Sequence record: LR535910.1
DNA length: 64,000 bases
Direction: 5' to 3' (one strand)
In this document: positions 1-7,959 of the stretch, piece by piece
Numbering within the stretch: position 1 is the first letter of the stretch
Layout: each line of letters opens with the position of its first letter
Made by a program: the position numbers and the translations under genes
Notes under the pieces: generated by a model
Databases searched by the model: none
Told to the model about the DNA's origin: nothing
Seen by the model: the letters and a program-made list of their open reading frames with translations, nothing else

Positions 1-140
1 GTGATGAACTATCAGTGGAGAAAATTTGCAGCAAAGATTTCAGGGCCGGTTTTGTACAGCGACCGGATACCAAAACTCTGGCCTCCATCGCTATGTACTA
101 CGGTATGGAAACCATCAAAACAATCGACTATTCAGAATAA
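1..140 (+). CDS. 3' end of a hypothetical protein (partial)
   Basis: Frame 3 is open from the window edge (DELSVEKICSKDF...KTIDYSE) to TAA at 138-140. Confidence 0.6.
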   Translation, partial: DELSVEKICSKDFRAGFVQRPDTKTLASIAMYYGMETIKTIDYSE

Positions 141-162
141 CTCAAAAAATTGAGGTACTATT

Positions 163-573
163 ATGAAACATTTTTTATTACCAGTTTTACTTGCTACTCT
201 GGCCATTAGCTTCTTCGCTCGCGCTGGAAGTATCGAGTTACCAAAAGTTGTTAACGATCACGAATACGGCGGGCCGTTCTGGTGCCAGAACTCTGACGTA
301 CAAGGCGGTAGCTGTCAGATCGTTGCGATGTCCGATAACAACCGTTACCTGTTAGTGAAAACGATGGGCGGTGTCGCATGTGGCGACCCTGAATACGGGG
401 TTATTAACATGGCAACAGGTCAGGCCGAATCCATGAACTACAATGATAACCAAGCCTGTAGCGGTGAAGCCGTTGCTGAGTTTACTCGCGACCCAGGTGA
501 TAATGCCCTGACGGTTATCATGTACGACCCTACGATTAAGAAAAACGTGGGCATCAATAAACTCGACTTTTAA
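163..573 (+). CDS. Secreted/periplasmic 4-Cys protein, paralog A
   Basis: GAGGT RBS; signal peptide MKHFLLPVLLATLAISFFARA; four Cys spaced like the next ORF. Confidence 0.8.
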   Translation: MKHFLLPVLLATLAISFFARAGSIELPKVVNDHEYGGPFWCQNSDVQGGSCQIVAMSDNNRYLLVKTMGGVACGDPEYGVINMATGQAESMNYNDNQACSGEAVAEFTRDPGDNALTVIMYDPTIKKNVGINKLDF

Positions 574-586
574 GTAAGGAAACAAC

Positions 587-970
587 ATGCGTGGACTTAT
601 GGGTATTATCGCGGCGGTGTTCTTGACCGCTTCTGCTTCAGCTACAACCAGCGTAGAAGATTTACTGCCAGGCACACTGTATCAGTACAACCCGCCCTCA
701 TTCGAAGTCTGTACTGGCGACGATGGCAGATGTGAAGAAGTCAGCCGTCACGACGAGTATATCCTGGTCCACGCAAAGGGCGAGGAAACTTGTCCGGCTG
801 GTTACTACTTCTTGTTGAACTCAAAGGCACAAGAGATTGTGCCAGTAGAGACAATAACGTGCGACCCGACGCTTCGCGCGTCGCTCGCTTACAATACGAA
901 AACCAAACAACGCCTCCTGGTTATTGAACAGCAAGGGGTGGTGCGTGGTTCAGTAGCGCTCGACCAGTAA
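587..970 (+). CDS. Secreted/periplasmic 4-Cys protein, paralog B
   Basis: AAGGA RBS; signal peptide ending ASA; C..G.C..V...D..YxLV...G...C....Y..N pattern shared with 163-573. Confidence 0.8.
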   Translation: MRGLMGIIAAVFLTASASATTSVEDLLPGTLYQYNPPSFEVCTGDDGRCEEVSRHDEYILVHAKGEETCPAGYYFLLNSKAQEIVPVETITCDPTLRASLAYNTKTKQRLLVIEQQGVVRGSVALDQ

Positions 971-983
971 CCGAAAAGTTTTC

Positions 984-996
984 AGACAGATGTTAT
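984..996 (+). promoter_or_regulatory. Putative early (virion RNAP) promoter
   Basis: AGACAGATGTTAT, a variant of the intergenic motif also at 7921, 17012, 24576 and 56268. Confidence 0.5.
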
Positions 997-999
997 AAC

Positions 1000-1081
1000 G
1001 TGAGATGACGACCCATCTCACTTTGGCCCTGCGGTGATTTCCCCAACACTTAGCCGCAGGGTCCTTTTTAATCGACTATTA
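1000..1081 (+). promoter_or_regulatory. Structured 5' leader: two hairpins plus TTAATCGACTATTA box
   Basis: GTGAGATG/CATCTCAC stem (1000-1021); 11-bp stem 1025-1063; box at 1068-1081 just before an AAGGA RBS. Confidence 0.55.
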
Positions 1082-1099
1082 CTCGTAAGGATTAAGCAA

Positions 1100-1600
1100 A
1101 TGAACATGAACATTCTCGACGATACCCGTTCTTCTTTCTTTACTCAGATGAACGTTAACCCTGAACGTACCCGTGCCATTCTTTCTACTGGTTGGAAGTT
1201 GAAGTTGTTAGGCGAGTTAACCCTCAATCGCACCGACTGGCCAGCAGAAGCAACCGTATTGATTAACAGCATCCACAGCGAATGGTTAGATGCTACGTTG
1301 AATGCCCCACAGCTACGTCCGTACTATCGGATGCTTCATGCGGGTTATGAAGTATACCGCAAAGGTTGGTACGCCGCAGCCACTTATTGCAACACCCCTG
1401 AAGGTCGTGAAGACAACACCGTCGACCACGTATTAGTGAATAACTTCTGGGGCGACCAAATTGAAGTCTTACAACTCTCTACCGGTGACCGTATTCCGGC
1501 CTGTGAGTTATTCGAAACTAACGCACAAATGTACGAACCGTATGCAATGATTCGTGGCCGTAAGGTCCCAATCATTTCCCTTATGCATATGGGGCTGTAA
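1100..1600 (+). CDS. Hypothetical protein (start moved from 1034)
   Basis: AAGGA RBS before ATG 1100; followed by a terminator. Confidence 0.75.
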   Translation: MNMNILDDTRSSFFTQMNVNPERTRAILSTGWKLKLLGELTLNRTDWPAEATVLINSIHSEWLDATLNAPQLRPYYRMLHAGYEVYRKGWYAAATYCNTPEGREDNTVDHVLVNNFWGDQIEVLQLSTGDRIPACELFETNAQMYEPYAMIRGRKVPIISLMHMGL

Positions 1601-1607
1601 ATACGAG

Positions 1608-1638
1608 AGGTAGCCTACGGGCTACCTTCTTTTTTTGT
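1608..1638 (+). terminator. Intrinsic terminator
   Basis: AGGTAGCC-TACG-GGCTACCT followed by a T-run. Confidence 0.85.
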
Positions 1639-1654
1639 TGAAGAAGGATTAAAC

Positions 1655-2281
1655 ATGAACGAGATTACCCTGATTCGTTTCATCGACGACATGGTGACGT
1701 GTCAGAAAGCGAATCGTCAGGATACCAAACTGCGTATCAATCTGATGGAAGAAGAAGTCGAAGGGTTTCTGGAATACCCGCGATTGGTGAAGTGGTTTAA
1801 AGAAGCACTGCCGCGTAGCTGGGAACAGCTCGAAGCGTGGTTTGCTCTACCTATTGCAGAACGTAACCCTAACAATACGATCTTTACCGGAACCACTGCA
1901 TTAGATTTGGCTGGTTCGGTGGAGCAACCTAAACGTTTGGTTTTCTTCTACGTCAATGGCGATTCAATAATGGCTGATACAGTTAACTGGATTTCTGATG
2001 AGTTGACGGTAAACACCACTTTGGTCGGTAGCGCTGCTGACGCCTGGGTTGTTGGCCAGCACCAATCGCAACCGTACGAAGAAATCAAAACCGGCTATTT
2101 AATCCCGATATATCTCGACGGCGTGGCACCCGGTCGTAGTGCCGAACTGTTCAAATTCCTGCTTACTGAAACGTTAAAGGTTGTCGATTCTGATGCCGGG
2201 CGGGCGTGGTATGAATTAACCAAAGAGCGCACCGATATTTTTTGGGAATCACTCGGACACCGTAAGTTTATTCCGCAATAA
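1655..2281 (+). CDS. Hypothetical protein
   Basis: 208 aa, GAAGGA RBS, terminator downstream. Confidence 0.75.
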   Translation: MNEITLIRFIDDMVTCQKANRQDTKLRINLMEEEVEGFLEYPRLVKWFKEALPRSWEQLEAWFALPIAERNPNNTIFTGTTALDLAGSVEQPKRLVFFYVNGDSIMADTVNWISDELTVNTTLVGSAADAWVVGQHQSQPYEEIKTGYLIPIYLDGVAPGRSAELFKFLLTETLKVVDSDAGRAWYELTKERTDIFWESLGHRKFIPQ

Positions 2282-2292
2282 CTCTCCTCTCT

Positions 2293-2324
2293 GGAACCCT
2301 TCGGGGTTCCATTTCTTCTTTTTT
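2293..2324 (+). terminator. Intrinsic terminator
   Basis: GGAACCC-TTCG-GGGTTCC followed by a T-rich tail. Confidence 0.85.
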
Positions 2325-2345
2325 ACGCATGACCTTTTGGATATG
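2321..2345 (+). promoter_or_regulatory. Putative middle (non-virion RNAP) promoter
   Basis: TTTTACG-N14-TATG; the same spacing recurs at six other gene starts. Confidence 0.55.
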
Positions 2346-2377
2346 AACGACTAATACTTTCTCATTAGAAGGCAAAC

Positions 2378-4888
2378 ATGCTCAAGGTCGAACGTATCAT
2401 TTTGAAAGGATTTACCGGCATGGGGTTACATGAAATCGAAACGTTTGATTTCACCCTTAAGTCAACCGTTACCATCATCCTCGGTGGCAACGGCTGCGGT
2501 AAAACAAGCCTCCTATCTGTTTTTCTCCCCTTAGCTCCAGCAAAATCAGAATTCCGTGAAGGTGGTTCCTACACTAACTACGCGTTAGTTGGGGACGACC
2601 GTCTTAAGTTTGAAGTCCTGCGTCGTGGCTCTTCTCTGTCTTGTAGTATCTTCAACATCACTAAAGGTGTCTCCATCGTAGACTCGGTAAACGCCAAAGT
2701 TTACAACTCCATGGTGGAGCAATTAACCGGAATCACCAAAGAAATCAAAGAGTTAATTAATGGTGAGACCTTATTAACTGACGCCACTACCGAAGTTCGT
2801 CGTAAATGGTTTACGTTAATGTCAGAATCTGATCTGACGTACGTTGTTGGTTGCTATCGACGTTTGCGTAAACTCGCTTCCAGTTTAAGTGGGGCCATTG
2901 AGCACACCGGACGAAAAATCGGTGAGGCAAAAATGCGCGTCGTTGATGATGAAGAAGATCGTGCACGTTTAGAAGTTCGTTTGAAAGAACTCGATGCTGA
3001 GCTTCAGGAATTAAACCGCACAATTGAAGCGAGACCCGGTTTAGATAACGCCGTTTCGGTTGATAGTATCCGGAAACGCATTGCTTCGTTGCAACCGGCT
3101 GTAAAACTCATTATGGAACGTTATGGCGTTCTGCCTTCTGACGAACTGATTAACGAGTTTCAAAGTCGTGTGGTTGCCTGGCGTGAGCAAGCTGCCTCTG
3201 CTGAAACTGAATGCAACATGTACAATAAAGAGTTGTCACAGCTACTGGATGAGGAGTCGCGTCAAGCGTATCTGATGCGCAACCATACCGGTCTAAAACA
3301 AACAATCGACAGCTTAAAACAGGAACTGGCAACGTTCCAACAGAACTGGATGTTCCCGGCTCTGTTTGAAGGTACCCGCATTGATGTGGATAGCATTCAG
3401 AACGCGTTAAACGATGCGTGTAACTGGAATTTACCGTTGTCCATGCATCTGGACCAGTTAAAGACAACAGATCGCCTGGGAGCGTTAGAGAAGCGTTTAC
3501 AGGGTATGGATTTAACCTCTGCGGGTCTATCTGAAAAGCTGCAACGTTGTGAGAACGTGCTACACGGTTTATACCACGACCGTCAACACTTCTTAGAAAC
3601 TGCAGAAGTTGATTGTCCACAGTGTAACCACCGTTTCCGTCCTGGGATTCGTAAGTCGTTACCTGAAATTGAAAAGGCCATCAACGATAATGAAGGTTGG
3701 AAGAAGCAGCTGAAAGACGAAATGGATAGTCTTTTGCGTGACCGCAAAGAGATTGAAGAGGACGTCCGCAGCCTACGTACGATTCGCGAAATCGTCATGT
3801 CGTATTCCAACCATCCCGTTGTCGGTTTGTTTTTCCGTAAACTGCAGGAGCTGGATATCTTCACCACGTCGCGGGATCGTTATGGTGCCATTGCACGTGC
3901 CTTTACCGAAGAGTTAGATTCGGCCATGATGTATCTGCGTCAATCGGCGAAGCTTGCAACAGCGGAACGGGAATGGCAAGAGGCTGTTGCCGCAGTAGGT
4001 AATGTTGATGGTGCGCTGAGTCAGAAAATTGAACACATCCGTTCACAACTAGACGGGGCTAACCGTCGACTGATAGAATACCGCAGACAAGCCAATGAGC
4101 TGGAACGCGAAACCACCCAACTGCAACAAACCAAAGAAGCAATCGAACGTTTCCAAAAAGGCTACGAACATCTGGTATCGGAAATGAACATCTCCGTTAA
4201 CAACGTCGTGGTTCGCGAGTTGTTAAACCGACGCGAAGCGAAGCTCGATGCGTACACTTCCGCTCGTGAACGGTTTCGTCAAATGGAAGGGGCTATTGCA
4301 CGTTTAGCGGAATTGGAAAAAGAGCAAGCTGAGTTGCTCAAAGAACACCATCATGCCAGATTGATTATCAATGCCGTCTCACCCGAAAAAGGATTATTGC
4401 GTCGTTACTTTTATGCTGCGATTACCCGCATCATGGATTTAATGAATCGGTATATCGAAATGGTGTGGGCATATCCGATGCAGGTTATTCCATGCGATCT
4501 AACCGACGGGGATTTGGATTATACTTTCCCGGTGCGATTAAAAGACCATGAAGAACTGGTGCCGGATGTGAAGAAAGGTTCGAAGGCACAGCGTATTATC
4601 TTTAACATGATGTTTCGTTTAACGGCGTATAAAGCGCTTGGTTTACAAAACTATCCTTTGTTATTGGATGAACCCTCTGAAGGCATGGATGAGGAACACA
4701 AAAATCGACTGGTCAACTTCATTAAATCGTTGGCGTTGTCGGGAGAGTTTTCTCAATTGCTGGTCGTTTCGCATGAAGCGGAAGTTCATTCTAAACTTAA
4801 CGAAGCCACCTACTGTGTCGTGGAGCCAGAAGGTGTAACGCTTCCACCGGTTTATAACGAAGGGGTAATAATCAAATATGCATCATAA
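2378..4888 (+). CDS. sbcC: SbcC/Rad50-like SMC ATPase
   Basis: Walker A GGNGCGKT, long coiled coil with central CPQC zinc hook, signature KGSKAQ, Walker B LLLDEP, H-loop VVSHE. Confidence 0.93.
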   Translation: MLKVERIILKGFTGMGLHEIETFDFTLKSTVTIILGGNGCGKTSLLSVFLPLAPAKSEFREGGSYTNYALVGDDRLKFEVLRRGSSLSCSIFNITKGVSIVDSVNAKVYNSMVEQLTGITKEIKELINGETLLTDATTEVRRKWFTLMSESDLTYVVGCYRRLRKLASSLSGAIEHTGRKIGEAKMRVVDDEEDRARLEVRLKELDAELQELNRTIEARPGLDNAVSVDSIRKRIASLQPAVKLIMERYGVLPSDELINEFQSRVVAWREQAASAETECNMYNKELSQLLDEESRQAYLMRNHTGLKQTIDSLKQELATFQQNWMFPALFEGTRIDVDSIQNALNDACNWNLPLSMHLDQLKTTDRLGALEKRLQGMDLTSAGLSEKLQRCENVLHGLYHDRQHFLETAEVDCPQCNHRFRPGIRKSLPEIEKAINDNEGWKKQLKDEMDSLLRDRKEIEEDVRSLRTIREIVMSYSNHPVVGLFFRKLQELDIFTTSRDRYGAIARAFTEELDSAMMYLRQSAKLATAEREWQEAVAAVGNVDGALSQKIEHIRSQLDGANRRLIEYRRQANELERETTQLQQTKEAIERFQKGYEHLVSEMNISVNNVVVRELLNRREAKLDAYTSARERFRQMEGAIARLAELEKEQAELLKEHHHARLIINAVSPEKGLLRRYFYAAITRIMDLMNRYIEMVWAYPMQVIPCDLTDGDLDYTFPVRLKDHEELVPDVKKGSKAQRIIFNMMFRLTAYKALGLQNYPLLLDEPSEGMDEEHKNRLVNFIKSLALSGEFSQLLVVSHEAEVHSKLNEATYCVVEPEGVTLPPVYNEGVIIKYAS

Positions 4889-5069
4889 AGGTTGGCGCTT
4901 ATGGGCTTGGTGGGGTTTTCAGTTCCTTCAGTTTGTTGTGATGGTACTGTACCTCTCCTTTTGTGCAACCGTAGTGGTTATCGCTGCGGTCGTTTATTTA
5001 GCTGCTGCTCTTAAAGAACGTCTGTTCGACACGCGTTGTGAGTGGCGAGATATAGGAGAACGGACATGA
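4878..5069 (+). CDS. Small membrane protein
   Basis: 63 aa with a long hydrophobic segment; overlaps the sbcC stop. Confidence 0.6.
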   Translation: MHHKGWRLWAWWGFQFLQFVVMVLYLSFCATVVVIAAVVYLAAALKERLFDTRCEWRDIGERT

Positions 5070-5170
5070 TTGAAGGTATCGTATTAACCGGTATTGCACT
5101 GTGGTTGATTCGTGGTGCCTGGGGTTGGATTATCCGCACGAAAGGATGGGCGTTCCATGGCAAGACGTAA
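5066..5170 (+). CDS. 34-aa membrane micropeptide (not in ORF track)
   Basis: AGGAGA RBS; ATGA overlap with the previous stop; MIEGIVLTGIALWLIRGAWGWIIRTKGWAFHGKT. Confidence 0.65.
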   Translation: MIEGIVLTGIALWLIRGAWGWIIRTKGWAFHGKT

Positions 5171-5360
5171 ACCTGGTCGTTTAAAGTTTTGGGCAGTTGT
5201 GGTAATGCACACTGTGGTGCTGATGGGTATTTTCATGTCTCGCGCCACGCCTGCCTTTTGGGGCTTAGTTGTTTTGGTGTTCTTAGAAGGGGTTTACTTC
5301 GGTAATCTGTGGAGCAAGCCCCCGCGTTTAAGGGACCCGGCTTATGACAGTCGTGAATAG
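5157..5360 (+). CDS. 67-aa two-TM membrane protein (start moved from 5112)
   Basis: AAGGA before ATG 5157; basic N-terminus MARRKPGRLK then two hydrophobic stretches. Confidence 0.6.
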   Translation: MARRKPGRLKFWAVVVMHTVVLMGIFMSRATPAFWGLVVLVFLEGVYFGNLWSKPPRLRDPAYDSRE

Positions 5361-5475
5361 TGTCAACGCGGCGATGATTGCAACGGGTGCGTATGGTGGT
5401 GCCACATGGACAGATGTTGGTATCACGCTTATCATTTGCGCAATCGGAGCGTTTGTAGCAACATGGTTATTTTAG
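5344..5475 (+). CDS. 43-aa membrane micropeptide (not in ORF track)
   Basis: AGGGA before ATG; C-terminal TM VGITLIICAIGAFVATWLF. Confidence 0.55.
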   Translation: MTVVNSVNAAMIATGAYGGATWTDVGITLIICAIGAFVATWLF

Positions 5476-5570
5476 TGAAATGGGTTGGGTGTATCGTCTG
5501 TAGCCTGATACTAGGAGCGGGCGCATACGCCCTAGGCGCAATCCTTGCATTGACGCAAGGTTGGTTTTAA
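5475..5570 (+). CDS. 31-aa membrane micropeptide (not in ORF track)
   Basis: GTG overlaps the previous TAG; MKWVGCIVCSLILGAGAYALGAILALTQGWF; RBS is weak. Confidence 0.45.
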   Translation: MKWVGCIVCSLILGAGAYALGAILALTQGWF

Positions 5571-5588
5571 CAGGAGGGTAATTACGAA

Positions 5589-5867
5589 GTGGGAGAAGTA
5601 TCATGTAACAGTGAAACAGTCTCTGATCCCGTGGTCGTGGGTTCAGGGGCGGCCGAGCCAACCCGGCGTATCGTTCTTTCGAGCGTGGGGATGGCTATAG
5701 GGTCTTCAAAGAACCTTCTAGCAGACATCGCGGAAGTCTGCGGGCCGGATGATTTTGCAGTTTCACGTACAGTCGGGGAAGACTGGCGTGGTAATCAGAA
5801 GCGCCATGAGCGAATGTGGCGACGGAAGGTTACCTCAGCATCGCGACGTTTTCAACGTCGTTGCTGA
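5589..5867 (+). CDS. Hypothetical protein with Arg-rich C-terminus
   Basis: AGGAGG RBS, GTG start, 92 aa. Confidence 0.6.
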   Translation: MGEVSCNSETVSDPVVVGSGAAEPTRRIVLSSVGMAIGSSKNLLADIAEVCGPDDFAVSRTVGEDWRGNQKRHERMWRRKVTSASRRFQRRC

Positions 5868-6013
5868 TTAAAGACACGGTTCCGACAGAGAACTGGTCTT
5901 CACCTCTGGCGGTATACACCGCTAAGCTTTACCGGTAAACTTAAGAAAACACAAACGCAATTCTTCGTTACTCGCTTTCATCGCAGGTGAAAGCTCACTT
6001 AGGAATTCAGCTC

Positions 6014-6502
6014 ATGGCCGAAATTGTCATTCTTTCCTCATCCTCAGATTTAACGGAAGCACAAAATAAACAGCTGTTGGGGCTGCATTATAAATTTCTG
6101 AACCACCAACGTACCATACTCCATATCGAAAAAGGTGAGATTCCGAACCTCACTCTGGAGAAACTGTTGGCGGGGAACCGTGCTTGTGTTGCTCTGGAAG
6201 GGGGTACCCCTGTTGGTTACTGTTTGTATCGCGTAATCGCTGGGGTTCTGAAGATTCGTACGATGTTCGTGTCTGAAATGGCACGCCGTCGTAAAACGAT
6301 GACGCAGATTTTTGATGCGCTTGATGTGAATGAACAGTTCACCAGTGCGCATGGGGGAATATACGCTTGCCAGGAAGCTGGTATTGCGTTCTTTACCGCT
6401 CGCGGTTTTGACAAGACCGTCTCTACAGACGGACAATGGCTTGAATTTAAGAAGCAGGTTCCTGCGGAAGCAGATGAACCTTTAAGGACTGCGGTAGCAT
6501 AG
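6014..6502 (+). CDS. GNAT-fold (RimI-like) acetyltransferase (start moved from 5987)
   Basis: VALEGGTPVGYCLY, IRTMFVSEMARRR and AGIAFFTARGF match GNAT motifs; the acetyl-CoA loop lacks the usual glycines. Confidence 0.75.
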   Translation: MAEIVILSSSSDLTEAQNKQLLGLHYKFLNHQRTILHIEKGEIPNLTLEKLLAGNRACVALEGGTPVGYCLYRVIAGVLKIRTMFVSEMARRRKTMTQIFDALDVNEQFTSAHGGIYACQEAGIAFFTARGFDKTVSTDGQWLEFKKQVPAEADEPLRTAVA

Positions 6503-6527
6503 TCCTGTTTTAGCACTCCTTACGATT

Positions 6528-6554
6528 ATGCCTCACTATGAGTGGGGTATTTTT
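6528..6554 (+). terminator. Intrinsic terminator
   Basis: ATGCCTCACT-ATG-AGTGGGGTAT (with G:U pairs) followed by TTTT. Confidence 0.6.
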
Positions 6555-6572
6555 ACGCGAGGAGTGCTATTT

Positions 6573-6791
6573 ATGTTTCACCGTCCTGGGTTTTCAGCTT
6601 TAAACACCGATGTCTGTTGGGCTGAGTACGAGCGGGTGAAGGAGTTCTTACCCGTAAATCCTAAACACATCAACGTGGGTACTATCGGGCGTGTTGCGTT
6701 CGATGATACTCCGCTGAGTACGTGTATTAAAGCAGCGCTTGGTACGCTGCCTGAGCCTCACCACCACGACTGGGAGGCAACTTTACCCTAA
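6573..6791 (+). CDS. 72-aa protein containing a degenerate EF-Tu N-terminal/P-loop segment
   Basis: GAGGAG RBS; HINVGTIGRVAFDDTPLSTCIKAAL aligns without gaps to EF-Tu [25 protein letters not shown]. Confidence 0.7.
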   Translation: MFHRPGFSALNTDVCWAEYERVKEFLPVNPKHINVGTIGRVAFDDTPLSTCIKAALGTLPEPHHHDWEATLP

Positions 6792-6802
6792 GGAGCATTA
6801 AA

Positions 6803-7225
6803 ATGGTTACCGCTATTCGCGAAACAAAATCACTATACGATCATTTATCAGAAGAAGAAACAGCCTTATTCTACGACCTGTTACCTGAAACCAAAGCAAA
6901 TGTTCAGTGGTGGTTACGTTTAGCGCTACGTGATAAAGTTGGGGAAACGCCGGTTAGTATTCTCGCGCACACGTTGGACATGACGCCCATGATTGAAATC
7001 GCGATTACCCGCCCTAAATTCTGGCGGCCTGGTATGGTGCGTGAGGCGTATCTACTCCAACGCTTAGGTGTTGACCCGGAGAAGTGTTGGCGTAAGATGG
7101 ACGACCATCGCTACCGTGAAGAAATTACGAATAGCCTCAACACTATGTTGGCAATGAAACGGCTCGGTATCGAACACGAAGGTTTCGAGTCAGCGGTACA
7201 AGCCTGGGTGAAAAGGAATAGCTAA
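6803..7225 (+). CDS. Hypothetical protein
   Basis: AAGGAG RBS, 140 aa. Confidence 0.75.
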   Translation: MVTAIRETKSLYDHLSEEETALFYDLLPETKANVQWWLRLALRDKVGETPVSILAHTLDMTPMIEIAITRPKFWRPGMVREAYLLQRLGVDPEKCWRKMDDHRYREEITNSLNTMLAMKRLGIEHEGFESAVQAWVKRNS

Positions 7226-7474
7226 ATGCAAAAAACAATCATCGGAATAACGGTTGGTTCTTTCTGTGGCTTCCCTACCCCACAAACAGAACCCCAATAT
7301 TTGGGCGCAGGCAAACCTGACCCGGAAGTCCGTAAGTTGCGCGAAGAAGCAAAAGCCAGAGTTCTTACTGAGCTGGAATCGTTGCTTCAGTCTCCGGTTA
7401 TTTCACAATGGGGTATGGCAATAGATGTCACTCGAACTGATCGACGAGGCCGTTATCTCCCACGACTTGTTTAA
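7226..7474 (+). CDS. Hypothetical protein
   Basis: 82 aa; starts directly after the previous stop and overlaps the macrodomain gene. Confidence 0.55.
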   Translation: MQKTIIGITVGSFCGFPTPQTEPQYLGAGKPDPEVRKLREEAKARVLTELESLLQSPVISQWGMAIDVTRTDRRGRYLPRLV

Positions 7475-7925
7475 CGCGCCTGAGCGCTTCAAGGTCGTTA
7501 CAGTTAACTGCGTTGGTGCAATGGGAAGGGGCATTGCCTTGGCGTGCCGAGAACGCTTCCCATCGCTTTATAATGACTATCGCCAGAAATGCCGTAAAGA
7601 GCAAATCGTTATCGGTGAGGTCTATTGTTATCCTGAGGAAGGGGTAATACTCCTTCCTACTAAAACCCATTTTCGCTATAAATCGCAGATTTACTATGTC
7701 ACGTCCGGCATTGATGCGCTGGCGCGACTAGGGGAAGACTTAGAAGGAGGGATTGCGATACCGCCCCTAGGGATGGCTAACGGTTGGTTACGTTACCATG
7801 AGCGATTGGAAATCTTTATACACTTACAGAAACGACTACAGCACACGGAGCAGACTTATCGATTCTATTTACCGGACACCCTGCTGAGGGAAGCAGAGAA
7901 AATCATCCCAAATAGTTTCAAATAG
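7425..7925 (+). CDS. Macrodomain, DarG/Poa1p-like ADP-ribosyl hydrolase
   Basis: VNCVGAMGRGIA...RFP..Y...C, LLPTKTHFR, IAIPPLGMANG. Confidence 0.88.
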   Translation: MSLELIDEAVISHDLFNAPERFKVVTVNCVGAMGRGIALACRERFPSLYNDYRQKCRKEQIVIGEVYCYPEEGVILLPTKTHFRYKSQIYYVTSGIDALARLGEDLEGGIAIPPLGMANGWLRYHERLEIFIHLQKRLQHTEQTYRFYLPDTLLREAEKIIPNSFK

Positions 7926-7933
7926 ATATTATC
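7921..7933 (+). promoter_or_regulatory. Putative early promoter
   Basis: AATAGATATTATC followed by ATCAGGG, matching the copy at 17012. Confidence 0.55.
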
Positions 7934-7959
7934 ATCAGGGCACATTACAAAGGAGCACA

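Noticed and set aside
122-132. AATCGACTATT resembling the leader box
   Set aside because: It lies inside the last codons of the upstream CDS (TIDYS) and lacks the flanking TT and A; likely coincidence.
5868-6000. tRNA in the hairpin-rich gap
   Set aside because: No acceptor stem, T-loop GTTC consensus in the right context, or CCA end.
6528-6572. ORF-track start for the EF-Tu-like gene
   Set aside because: This stretch is a terminator hairpin; GAGGAG points to ATG 6573.
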